Of a stretch of DNA of 57,945 bases, positions 1 to 7,904 are shown piece by piece. A program made the position numbers and the translations under genes. The notes under the pieces were generated by a model. The model searched no databases and was not told the DNA's origin. It saw only the letters and a program-made list of their open reading frames with translations. Every line of letters begins with the position of its first letter. Position 1 is the stretch's first letter. Origin of the DNA: Bacteroidota bacterium (lineage in GTDB: Bacteria > Bacteroidota > Bacteroidia > Bacteroidales > JAADGE01); the NCBI GenBank assembly GCA_024277895.1, contig JAJRUH010000181.1, positions 1 through 57,945 on the forward strand. Direction: 5' to 3'.

Positions 1-690
1 AAATTACTTGGTCGCAACTAAAACCGGTTCAGTATTATATGAAGTTTTTGAATAGTTTAAAATCGTAAAATTACTTCGCACAGATAACTCAAATAACTCA
101 GATTTTTAAATTATTTTGTACTTTCTGTGTAATCCGTGAAATCCGTGTGAAACTATTAACAAAAAATCCGTGTGATATTAATTATGCTGCCTTTTTCAAT
201 AATTATCCCAAGAAAAAAACGCTTTGCCCGATGAAATTACTTGGTCGCAACTAAAACCGGTTCAGTATTATATGAAGTTTTTGAATAGTTTAAAATCGTA
301 AAAGTATTTCGCACAGATAACTCAGATAACACAGATTTTTAAATTATTTTGTACTTTCTGTGTAATCCGTGAAATCTGTGTGAAACTATTAACAAAAATC
401 AGCGCAATCCGTGAAATCCGTGTGATATTAATTATGCTGCCTTTTTCAATAATTATCCCAAGAAAAAACACTTTGCCCGAAGAAATTACTTGGTCGCAAC
501 TAAAAATGGTTCAGTATTATATGAAGTTTTTGAATAGTTTAAAATCGTAAAACTACTTCGCACAGATAACTCATATTTTTAAATTATTTTATACTTTCTG
601 CGTAATCCGTGAAATCCGTGTGAAATTATTCACAAAAATCCGTGCAATTTGAGAAATCCGTGTGATATTTATTAATCTGCCTTTTTCAAA
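1..690. repeat. Tandem repeat array, about 2.9 copies of a 233-249 bp unit (units start at 1, 234, 483); open-ended at the window edge
   Basis: AAATTACTTGGTCGCAACTAAAA... recurs at 1, 234 and 483 with few substitutions. Each unit holds 3-4 nested ATCCGTG/ATCTGTG short repeats. The last unit merges into the 3' end of the CDS that ends at 672. Confidence 0.95.
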
Positions 691-1721
691 GCATCAAAAT
701 ACATTGCAAACGAACGATACAAAAAATGTGTCCACTTTCCGAAAGGAACAATTATTACTGCCCATTGCACAAGTACAATTAAATGTATAAGATACATCCA
801 AAGATTATTTTCAATTAAATCGGCATCAATAAATGTTCGAACAATAAATGCCGTTAAACCCATTAAAAATAACCAAATTACAAAAAACCAATCGCTTGGA
901 TGTGCGTGTCGTGCTAATTCTCTTGATTTTTTAATTCTTTCAAACATAAAAATAAACGTAACGATAAAAATCACGGCACTTTCGGCATAGCCCAAATAAA
1001 TTACGAATTTACTTTCGGTTCCGAACCAATCTAAAACTACGGTTGTGAAAAGCAGCGACAAATAACCGATTACCAAGATTAAATGTTCAAACCAACGAAC
1101 TTGGTTATCATCGCAACCCAATGCACGTTTTTGTGTAAACATATGAACGATTAATTCCCGAAGTTTTTTAAAATAAGTTGAAAATTTAACTTTTACTCCC
1201 GATTTTATAATTGTATAATACCACATTCGAATAATATTAGGTAATAAAATAACCGTAAAAACTCCGGCTATTGCAAACATTTCAAAATAATGCCCTATAT
1301 GCATAATATGTTCAACATTATATTTTTCATAAGAGCTGAAACCGAGAACTGCAGCTATTACCAAAATAAAAAAAGTAATACTTACGGGTAAGGATTTATA
1401 CAACAACCCAGAAAGTCTCGTCCAGTCGTATTTTGCAGTTAACCAACGCCTTAAAGTCATCATAAGCTCGCCCGGGAATGCCTGACGCGGGCAAGTTTCG
1501 CTGCACTCGCCGCAATAATAGCATAACCAAGGTTTTAATGAAGTTTTTAGATTTTCTTCTAAGCCCAAGACACTGAAACGCACCATTTCACGCGGGAAAG
1601 AATCGTCTTCGGTTGACAGCGAACATACGGCGGTGCAATGTCCGCAATTATAACAGGCATTCAAATCAAATGCTCCGTATTTTTTTAATTCATCTTTAAA
1701 ATCAGGATTTATTTTAGCCAT
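672..1721 (-). CDS. QmoC-like membrane iron-sulfur protein (HdrC-type 2x[4Fe-4S] domain fused to NarI/HdrE/DsrM-type cytochrome b domain)
   Basis: 349-aa ORF. N-terminal Cys motifs CYNCGHCTAVC and CYYCGECSETCP are followed by about six hydrophobic helices with conserved His (HIMHIGHYFE, FEHLILVIGY, LIHLIVLVQW). The ATG at 1721 overlaps the stop of the upstream ORF by 8 nt. Confidence 0.75.
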   Translation of the reverse strand: MAKINPDFKDELKKYGAFDLNACYNCGHCTAVCSLSTEDDSFPREMVRFSVLGLEENLKTSLKPWLCYYCGECSETCPRQAFPGELMMTLRRWLTAKYDWTRLSGLLYKSLPVSITFFILVIAAVLGFSSYEKYNVEHIMHIGHYFEMFAIAGVFTVILLPNIIRMWYYTIIKSGVKVKFSTYFKKLRELIVHMFTQKRALGCDDNQVRWFEHLILVIGYLSLLFTTVVLDWFGTESKFVIYLGYAESAVIFIVTFIFMFERIKKSRELARHAHPSDWFFVIWLFLMGLTAFIVRTFIDADLIENNLWMYLIHLIVLVQWAVIIVPFGKWTHFLYRSFAMYFDALKKAD

Positions 1722-1998
1722 TGTCTTTCAATTTATAATAAAAATATTCGTCCATATCGTCAATTCCGTCAACTTCAACAAAGCCGTATTTCAGCAAAGA
1801 CATTAAATAATACAAAATTTCGTCTTTGGGTTTGTTAATAACTTCCGACAATTCGGGAACCGTCATTTTTTTGTCTTTCAAAGCTTTTAAAATTTCTTTT
1901 TTTATTTTGACAAAATATTTCAAATTATCTTTTACTTTTTGCGGGACTTGTCGCTTTTCTTTCAGTATTAAAACTGTTTTTTTATTTCCGTTACTCAT
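1714..1998 (-). CDS. Small winged-helix-like protein of unknown function embedded in the Hdr/Qmo-like operon
   Basis: 94-aa ORF with no Cys. The segment MTVPELSEVINKPKDEILYYLMSLLKYGFVEV resembles an ArsR/MarR-type wHTH. It is tightly packed between the HdrA-like and QmoC-like genes. Confidence 0.55.
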   Translation of the reverse strand: MSNGNKKTVLILKEKRQVPQKVKDNLKYFVKIKKEILKALKDKKMTVPELSEVINKPKDEILYYLMSLLKYGFVEVDGIDDMDEYFYYKLKDNG

Positions 1999-2028
1999 AA
2001 TTCAAATTTTAAAAAAGTAAGCAATTTT

Positions 2029-3957
2029 TCAACTTTCCGCCAAAACACTTATCATACTCTCAATTTCAACATCCGTAAATCCGTCCATATCTATCGAATT
2101 GCTTTCGCAAACAGGCAGACACATTCCGCAACCTTTACAAACAGAAGCATTAATTTCGGCAATCTCTTTTCCGTTTTCTTTAATCATTTCTATTGCATCA
2201 TAAGGGCAGGCTTCGGCACATTTTCCGCACCAAATACAAGTTTTTTTATCAACTTTTGCAATAATAGGTTCAAGTGCAAGTTCTCCTTTATTAACAATAG
2301 AATAAGATTTTGCGGCTGCCGACAATGCAGAATTCATTGATTCCATAATATTTTTAGGTCCCTGACAAGCTCCTGCAATAGTAATTCCGTCAATAACGGT
2401 TTCTACGGGTCGCAATTTCATATGAATTTCATTATAAAATCGGTCTCTTCCTTTCGGAATTTTTAAAACATCACCTATGGTACAATCATTTCGAGGTTCC
2501 ATTCCGGTAACGAGAACAACCAAATCGGCATCAACTTCAATTTCTCGTCCGCCGGTTAAAATGTCTTCGATTTTAACATTGGTTTTCCCGTTCACTTTTT
2601 CAACAACAGGCGGGTCGTATTCGTAAGACTGAAGAAAAATATCTCCGAGACGCGATGCTTCGTCATAAATAACTTCTTGTTTTCCGTAAGTTCGTATTCC
2701 TCTGTTGAAATGATAACTGTTTATTCCTTTATATTTTTTATGGGTTAAGATTGAAGTATAAAGCGTTGCAGTACAGCAATATCTTGAACAATATTTATTA
2801 TCGCCGTCAACTTGTCTGCTTCCTACGCAATAGATATATGCAATATCTTTAATTTCTTTTCCTTTATAAATCAATTTATCGTCACACATATTAATAATAC
2901 GACGAAATTGGGGTAAGGTAACAACATTTCCGATTCCCCAACCAAACTCTCCGTCTTTGGGTTGATAAGGGTCAAAACCCGTAGCAGCTAAAATTGAACC
3001 TACGGTTAAATCTAATATTTCTTCTTTTTGAGAAAAGTCTATACTCGAACAAACCTTTTCACATTCTCCGCAACGCGTACAATTTTTATTGTCAATTGTC
3101 GGAATTTGAGGATATTCGCTGTCATAATTTTTGTAAATTGCTTTTCGTTTTGTAATATTAAAGTTAAAATCATCCTCTACTTCAACAGGACAAACTTCTA
3201 TTGCTTTTTTCAATTCTTCCGGATTACATTCTTTTTTTATAAAGCGCGGTGTTATTTTTACTTTTATTTTAAAATTTCCGATACTTCCGCCTTTTTCAAT
3301 TACTTCGGCACCAGTAAAAAGAGTAACGTTAGGATGCTCGTGAATTTTTTCATACAAATGTGTTACAAGTTCTTTCCCCGTAATATCAGCTCCGCACAAA
3401 TAATCTAACTGCGAAACTCTTCCTCCCGTAAAATGCTCTCGTTCAATTAAATATACCTGAATTCCTAAGTCTGCCAATTCTTTTGCAGCACGCATTCCGG
3501 CAACACCTGCACCTAATACGGCAATTGATTTTTGAGCTTTTATTTCTATAGGTTCTAAAGCTGCAGATTCTTTAACTCGTGCAATTGCAGCTTTAACAAT
3601 TTTTATGGCTTTCTCCGTTGCCGCTTCTTTATTATCGGAATGTGCCCAAGAAACTTGTTCTCGAATATTTGCGTGTACATAATTATATTTATTTAATCCA
3701 CCTCGTTCCGCACAGGCACTGAAAGTCGGATAATGTAATTTCGGAGAACAAGAAGCAACAACCAATCCGTCAAGTCCTTTCTCGGCAACATCATCAGAAA
3801 TTTGCTTTTGACTCGAATCGGCACAAGCAAACATTGTATCAAGCGATATTTCAACACCTTCAATATCTTTTACGGCTTCCCTAACCTTTTTAACATCAAC
3901 ATAATCAGAAATATTACCGCCGCAATGACAGATATAAACACCTATTTTAGTCTTCAT
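2029..3957 (-). CDS. HdrA/QmoB-like FAD and iron-sulfur flavoprotein (heterodisulfide reductase subunit A family)
   Basis: 642 aa. Has an N-terminal CHCGGNI motif, the GAGVAGMRAA FAD fingerprint, the HdrA signature CVGSRQVDGDNKYCSRYCC, and ferredoxin motifs CTRCGECEKVC, CIWCGKCAEACP and CKGCGMCLPVC. Confidence 0.85.
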   Translation of the reverse strand: MKTKIGVYICHCGGNISDYVDVKKVREAVKDIEGVEISLDTMFACADSSQKQISDDVAEKGLDGLVVASCSPKLHYPTFSACAERGGLNKYNYVHANIREQVSWAHSDNKEAATEKAIKIVKAAIARVKESAALEPIEIKAQKSIAVLGAGVAGMRAAKELADLGIQVYLIEREHFTGGRVSQLDYLCGADITGKELVTHLYEKIHEHPNVTLFTGAEVIEKGGSIGNFKIKVKITPRFIKKECNPEELKKAIEVCPVEVEDDFNFNITKRKAIYKNYDSEYPQIPTIDNKNCTRCGECEKVCSSIDFSQKEEILDLTVGSILAATGFDPYQPKDGEFGWGIGNVVTLPQFRRIINMCDDKLIYKGKEIKDIAYIYCVGSRQVDGDNKYCSRYCCTATLYTSILTHKKYKGINSYHFNRGIRTYGKQEVIYDEASRLGDIFLQSYEYDPPVVEKVNGKTNVKIEDILTGGREIEVDADLVVLVTGMEPRNDCTIGDVLKIPKGRDRFYNEIHMKLRPVETVIDGITIAGACQGPKNIMESMNSALSAAAKSYSIVNKGELALEPIIAKVDKKTCIWCGKCAEACPYDAIEMIKENGKEIAEINASVCKGCGMCLPVCESNSIDMDGFTDVEIESMISVLAES

Positions 3958-3984
3958 TTATTCGTATTTTGAAATTATGAAATA

Positions 3985-5304
3985 TTATACAGTCACTTTA
4001 TTTTGTGAAACTTTTCGAATATAATTTGCTGCTTCGCTTGATGCAGCTCCTGCTGAAAGTATAGAATCCGGAATATCCATAGGTCCCGAAGCCGTGCCGG
4101 CAACAAACACTCCGTCAACAGTTGTCATAGCCGGACTTTCAAGCGGGCTGGATTGAGAAACATAATTAAACGGATCTAATTCTAATTTTCTGTTTGTAAA
4201 CAGTCCGGTAATACCTTCATTAGGCAAAATCCCTACGGAAAGAACAACCATATCGTGTTCGGTTTCGGTAACTTTTCCCGTATTTATATCTTCATATCTT
4301 AAAATCAGATTACCGTCTTCTTTTTCGGTAATTTTAGCAACTTTGCCTTTTACAAATTCAACTCCCATTGATTGTGCCTGAGCATAAAACTCGTTAAACC
4401 CTTTACCGAATGCTCTGATATGCAGATAATAAAGCGTAATATCCGCCATCGGCAACGCTCCCATCAGCAATTGTGCTTGTTTTGTGGAATACATACAACA
4501 AACTTGTGAACAAATAGGAGTCCCTACGGTTTTATCCCTGGAACCCGTACATAAAATATATGCAATATTGTCGGGCATTTTTCCGTCACTCGGTCTTAAA
4601 ACCGTGTTAAAAGGTCTTGTTGGTGCAAGTTGTCTTTCCATTTGCATAGAAGTAATAACATTTTTAAACCTTCCGAAACCGTAACGCGGAATTAAGGTCG
4701 GGTCAAACAGCTGAAAACCGGTAGCTGCAACAACTGTTTTACAGGAAATTGTATATTTTTCTTCAGTTTGAGTAAAATCTATACAATGCGTAGGACAAGC
4801 TCTTTCACAAGCTCCGCATAAAGTGCAATTTTCAATATCAATTGCAGCAGCACGCGGACTGGCAATACTAAACGGAATAAATGCAGCTTTTCTGCCCGCC
4901 AAACCATATTGATATTCGTCTTCAACATTAACGGGACAAGCCTCTTCACACAATTGACATCCCGTACAATCTTCAACGACAACATATCTCGGCTGTGTTG
5001 TTATAAGAGCTTCAAAAGTTCCGTCATCTTTTTGAATAATATCGGATGCTTCGGTACTTGTTAAAACAGTTATATTCGAGTGCCTTGCAATTTCGGAAAC
5101 TTTCGGTGTCGTAATACATGCCGAACAATCTAAAGTAGGAAAAACTTTACTTAACATTATCATTTTTCCTCCGACCGTTAAATCTTTATCAATCAGTAAA
5201 ACTTTGTTTCCTAAATTCGCAAGATTTAAAGCCGCTTCACCTCCGGCTATTCCGGCACCAATAACTAATGCATCATATTCTTTTATTTTTTGATTGTCTT
5301 GCAT
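3985..5304 (-). CDS. HdrA/QmoA-like FAD and iron-sulfur flavoprotein
   Basis: I chose the ATG at 5304 (MQDNQKIKEYDALVIGAGIAGG) because it abuts the stop of the upstream gene. The ORF-track start at 5385 lies inside that gene. Has the FAD fingerprint GAGIAGGEAA, ferredoxin motifs CTGCQLCEEACP and CTLCGACERACP, and the HdrA signature CTGSRDKTVGTPICSQVCC. Confidence 0.85.
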   Translation of the reverse strand: MQDNQKIKEYDALVIGAGIAGGEAALNLANLGNKVLLIDKDLTVGGKMIMLSKVFPTLDCSACITTPKVSEIARHSNITVLTSTEASDIIQKDDGTFEALITTQPRYVVVEDCTGCQLCEEACPVNVEDEYQYGLAGRKAAFIPFSIASPRAAAIDIENCTLCGACERACPTHCIDFTQTEEKYTISCKTVVAATGFQLFDPTLIPRYGFGRFKNVITSMQMERQLAPTRPFNTVLRPSDGKMPDNIAYILCTGSRDKTVGTPICSQVCCMYSTKQAQLLMGALPMADITLYYLHIRAFGKGFNEFYAQAQSMGVEFVKGKVAKITEKEDGNLILRYEDINTGKVTETEHDMVVLSVGILPNEGITGLFTNRKLELDPFNYVSQSSPLESPAMTTVDGVFVAGTASGPMDIPDSILSAGAASSEAANYIRKVSQNKVTV

Positions 5305-5306
5305 CT

Positions 5307-5714
5307 TTAATTTGTTTTTTGTGTTACAAGATATTCCGTAAAGTTTTTCATTTGTTTTACGAATGCTTCGCTGCAAACAGAACATATGGCAGCCATTCTC
5401 AGTTTAGCCGGTTCAATACCCTTTTCTTTAAGCATTTCTTGTGTTCGTTGAACAACAACACCTGTTTTTTCGGTACAAGATTCTCCGTAAGGACAATCCG
5501 TACCGTCGGCAGCTATAAACACCCCGTCAAAACCCTGTTCAAATGCTTTCAAAATCCAGCGCGGCTTTACGGCACTCGAACAAGGTATCGGAATGGTATA
5601 AACACGAGGCGGATAATGCAATTTCAGCAAGCCTGCCATATCTATAGCCGGATCCGAAATTTTTTCGGTTGAGAAAACAAGTATTTTCGGCAAATCATTT
5701 CCCGATAAATTCAT
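5307..5714 (-). CDS. MvhD/FlpD-like hydrogenase iron-sulfur subunit family protein
   Basis: 135 aa with a Cys pattern (IPCSS, GTDCPYGESC, ICSVCSE) and size typical of the FlpD/MvhD domain. It sits directly upstream of the HdrA-like genes. Confidence 0.7.
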   Translation of the reverse strand: MNLSGNDLPKILVFSTEKISDPAIDMAGLLKLHYPPRVYTIPIPCSSAVKPRWILKAFEQGFDGVFIAADGTDCPYGESCTEKTGVVVQRTQEMLKEKGIEPAKLRMAAICSVCSEAFVKQMKNFTEYLVTQKTN

Positions 5715-5715
5715 T

Positions 5716-5967
5716 TTATCCCTTTTTTACATAAATTTTAAAATATCCGCTTTCTTCAACAGTTCCGAGATATTCGTGTTTTTTCTTAGTTGCCCATTTC
5801 GGAATGTCTTTTTTGGTTCCTTCATCGGCAGATAAAACTTCTAAAATATCTCCGCTTTTAATTTCTCCCATTGCTTTTTTTGCTGCCAATAATGGTCCGG
5901 GACAAGATGTTCCTCTTGCATCAACGCTTTTATTTACTTTTAAACTTTTTAATTCTTCAGTTGTCAT
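5716..5967 (-). CDS. tusA: TusA/SirA family sulfurtransferase (sulfur carrier)
   Basis: 83 aa with the active-site CPGP loop (DARGTSCPGPLLAAKKAM). Confidence 0.85.
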   Translation of the reverse strand: MTTEELKSLKVNKSVDARGTSCPGPLLAAKKAMGEIKSGDILEVLSADEGTKKDIPKWATKKKHEYLGTVEESGYFKIYVKKG

Positions 5968-6033
5968 AATTTTTTATTTTATATATTTATAATATGTTTT
6001 AATTTTATAGCATTACAATTGATTTTATTTATT

Positions 6034-6582
6034 TTAAATAAACAATTGCATACTGCTTTCGCCGGCATCAGCTAAAAATGTTGCTACACCGGCATAACCC
6101 AAATTAGGATAATCTATCATTTCTTCTTTTTTAAAACCCATTAAATCCATTGACATCGTACAAATATCTATATCGATGCCAAGTTCACCGGCAACAGCAA
6201 GAAGTTCATCAAGTGAAGAAACATTATTATGTTTCATAATTCCCTTAATCATATATTTACCTATGCCCTGCATATTCATTTTAGAAAGTTTTAATTGTCC
6301 TAATCCCTTAGGGAGCATAGTCCCGAACATTCTGGCTGTTACATCCTTACCTTTAGCTTGTTTCATATGTTCTTTTCTTAATGCAGAAATTGCCCAAAAA
6401 GTAAAAAACATTTTTACCTTAGTATCCATAGCTGCAGCTCCGACAGCGATAATAAATGCTGCCAGCATTTTATCCAAATCATCGGACATTACAACCATCG
6501 TAAGTTGATCTTTTCGAGAATATTCCAATACATCAACCTTTTTTTCAAGTTTTTCCAACCTTTGTTCTATTGTTTCAAACAT
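6034..6582 (-). CDS. DsrE/DsrF/DrsH-like family protein (DrsE_2 type)
   Basis: Motifs MVVMSDDLDKMLAAFIIAVGAAAMD, FFTFWAISALRK, ICTMSMDLMG and a C-terminal LFI. I prefer the ATG at 6582 over the GTG at 6585. Confidence 0.8.
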   Translation of the reverse strand: MFETIEQRLEKLEKKVDVLEYSRKDQLTMVVMSDDLDKMLAAFIIAVGAAAMDTKVKMFFTFWAISALRKEHMKQAKGKDVTARMFGTMLPKGLGQLKLSKMNMQGIGKYMIKGIMKHNNVSSLDELLAVAGELGIDIDICTMSMDLMGFKKEEMIDYPNLGYAGVATFLADAGESSMQLFI

Positions 6583-6585
6583 CAC

Positions 6586-7014
6586 CTATATAAATAAATG
6601 AACATCAGATTCTTGAGCAGCGGTAATACATTCACCGATACCGACAATATCATCCGTAATATCAACAAAATCCGAAACTTTATCAGCACCCCAAACTTTT
6701 CCGGCAAGCCCGCAAATATGAACTTTTACATTTGCCAATGATTTAGCTTCTCTGAAAAACTCAAGCCAAGTTTTTACTTTCAAATTTTCTAACGATTTCA
6801 GAAATTCTTCTTTTAATTCAACATTTTCGGCCATATTTAGTTTTTTCGGATCATCGGCAATATCTTTTCTGAAAGCTCTTGCTCCTTGTAACAGGACATA
6901 AATATCAACATCCATATCATCAGCAACGGCTCCGCTTAAAATAACTCCTGCAGCAGTTAATTTATCAATGCTTCCCGAAAAAAGCACCATACACATTTTT
7001 TTATTTTCTTCCAT
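6586..7014 (-). CDS. DsrE/DsrF/DrsH-like family protein (DrsE_2 type)
   Basis: Motifs MCMVLFSGSIDKLTAAGVILSGAVADDMDV, HICGLAG and a C-terminal HLFI. I prefer the ATG at 7014 (MEENKK) over the TTG at 7050 because a -7 promoter box overlaps 7048-7055. Confidence 0.8.
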   Translation of the reverse strand: MEENKKMCMVLFSGSIDKLTAAGVILSGAVADDMDVDIYVLLQGARAFRKDIADDPKKLNMAENVELKEEFLKSLENLKVKTWLEFFREAKSLANVKVHICGLAGKVWGADKVSDFVDITDDIVGIGECITAAQESDVHLFI

Positions 7015-7047
7015 AATTGAAAAATTTTTAGTGATTAATATATTTGA

Positions 7048-7055
7048 CAAAGTTA
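7048..7055 (-). promoter_or_regulatory. Candidate Bacteroidota -7 promoter box (TAACTTTG on minus strand) for the dsrE-tusA-hdr/qmo-like operon
   Basis: The plus strand reads CAAAGTTA, which is TAnnTTTG on the minus strand. It lies 34 nt upstream of the ATG at 7014. Confidence 0.45.
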
Positions 7056-7107
7056 TGTTTGTAATTATCGGCTGCCAAGTAATCGGTATTGAGATATATC
7101 CTTACAC

Positions 7108-7127
7108 AATGTGATATATTTCACATT
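7108..7127. promoter_or_regulatory. Perfect CRP/FNR-family palindrome AATGTGA-TATATT-TCACATT in the divergent promoter region
   Basis: Two 7-bp perfectly complementary arms with a TGTGA-N6-TCACA core. It lies between the operon start (7014) and the Crp/Fnr gene start (7184). Confidence 0.7.
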
Positions 7128-7154
7128 AAAATTTTTTTATAATTTCTGTTTTTT

Positions 7155-7162
7155 TATATTTG
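7155..7162 (+). promoter_or_regulatory. Candidate -7 promoter box TATATTTG for the Crp/Fnr regulator gene
   Basis: Matches TAnnTTTG 22 nt upstream of the ATG at 7184. It overlaps the TTG start proposed by the ORF track (7160), which argues against that start. Confidence 0.45.
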
Positions 7163-7183
7163 GAAAAATATAGATATTTACTT

Positions 7184-7864
7184 ATGAAAAGGTTTGATTG
7201 TTCATTATGTGTTCTTAAATCGGATGCTGCAAAAAATTTATCAACCGGGGAATTAAACTTGATGAATGAAAGTTGCGTTGAAGTAAATTTCAAAAAAAAT
7301 GAAGTAATTTTTAAGCAAAATGCCCTGTCATCCAATATTATTTATTTGCAAAGCGGAATGGTTAAATTGATTATTGAAGGTCCTTTACGCAAGCAGATTT
7401 TAAAAATTAAAAAAGCACCTTGCTATTTGGGATTACCGACTACAATGGGTGATAAAATTAATCATTATTCTGCTGTTGCAATTCTTCCGACACGTACCTG
7501 TTTTATTGACATAAAAACTTTTAAAGAATTGTTGAGACTTAATCCTGATTTTTCTTATGAAATAATTACGGAATTATGCAAAAATGAACTCGAACAATTT
7601 CACAGATGCGTAAACTTGGTTCAAAAACAAATTTTCGGAAGATTTGCAAATAATCTTTTACAATTTGCGGAAGACTTATTTCAATCCGATGAATTTGATC
7701 TTCCGCTGAATCGAAATGAAATTGCGGATATGGTTTGTACCTCAAGAGAAACAATAAGCCGAATGTTTACAGAACTTGCTGACGAAAATATTATTAAAGT
7801 AAACGGAAAAAAAATAAAAATTCTTAATAAAGAAATGCTGAAAAAAATTCGTGAAAACGGATAA
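7184..7864 (+). CDS. Crp/Fnr family transcriptional regulator
   Basis: An N-terminal cNMP-binding-like barrel plus a C-terminal HTH (RNEIADMVCTSRETISRMFTELADENII). It has an N-terminal CSLC plus two further Cys. Confidence 0.85.
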   Translation: MKRFDCSLCVLKSDAAKNLSTGELNLMNESCVEVNFKKNEVIFKQNALSSNIIYLQSGMVKLIIEGPLRKQILKIKKAPCYLGLPTTMGDKINHYSAVAILPTRTCFIDIKTFKELLRLNPDFSYEIITELCKNELEQFHRCVNLVQKQIFGRFANNLLQFAEDLFQSDEFDLPLNRNEIADMVCTSRETISRMFTELADENIIKVNGKKIKILNKEMLKKIRENG

Positions 7865-7904
7865 GTCAAAACAAAGAAATATCTCTAACCTGAAAAAAAT
7901 TAAA

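Noticed and set aside
1-690. Possible CRISPR array
   Set aside because: The period is 233-249 bp, whole units are near-identical, there are no unique spacers, and no cas genes are in the window. It is a tandem duplication.
3028-3408. Antisense or overlapping ORFs from the six-frame track (also 1826-2020, 4484-4684, 5268-5672, 6176-6508, 14229-14621, 19438-19773, 25517-25780, 43125-43637, 45795-46133, 48492-48851 and similar)
   Set aside because: Each lies entirely inside, and opposite to or out of frame with, a gene with strong family motifs. Their translations are low-complexity with no recognisable motifs. Such ORFs are expected by chance in AT-rich DNA.
2029-5304. Assigning gene symbols qmoA/qmoB/qmoC
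   Set aside because: The architecture is Qmo-like, but no aprAB/sat are linked and the MvhD-like domain is a separate upstream gene. Orthology cannot be established without phylogeny, so I left the symbols empty.
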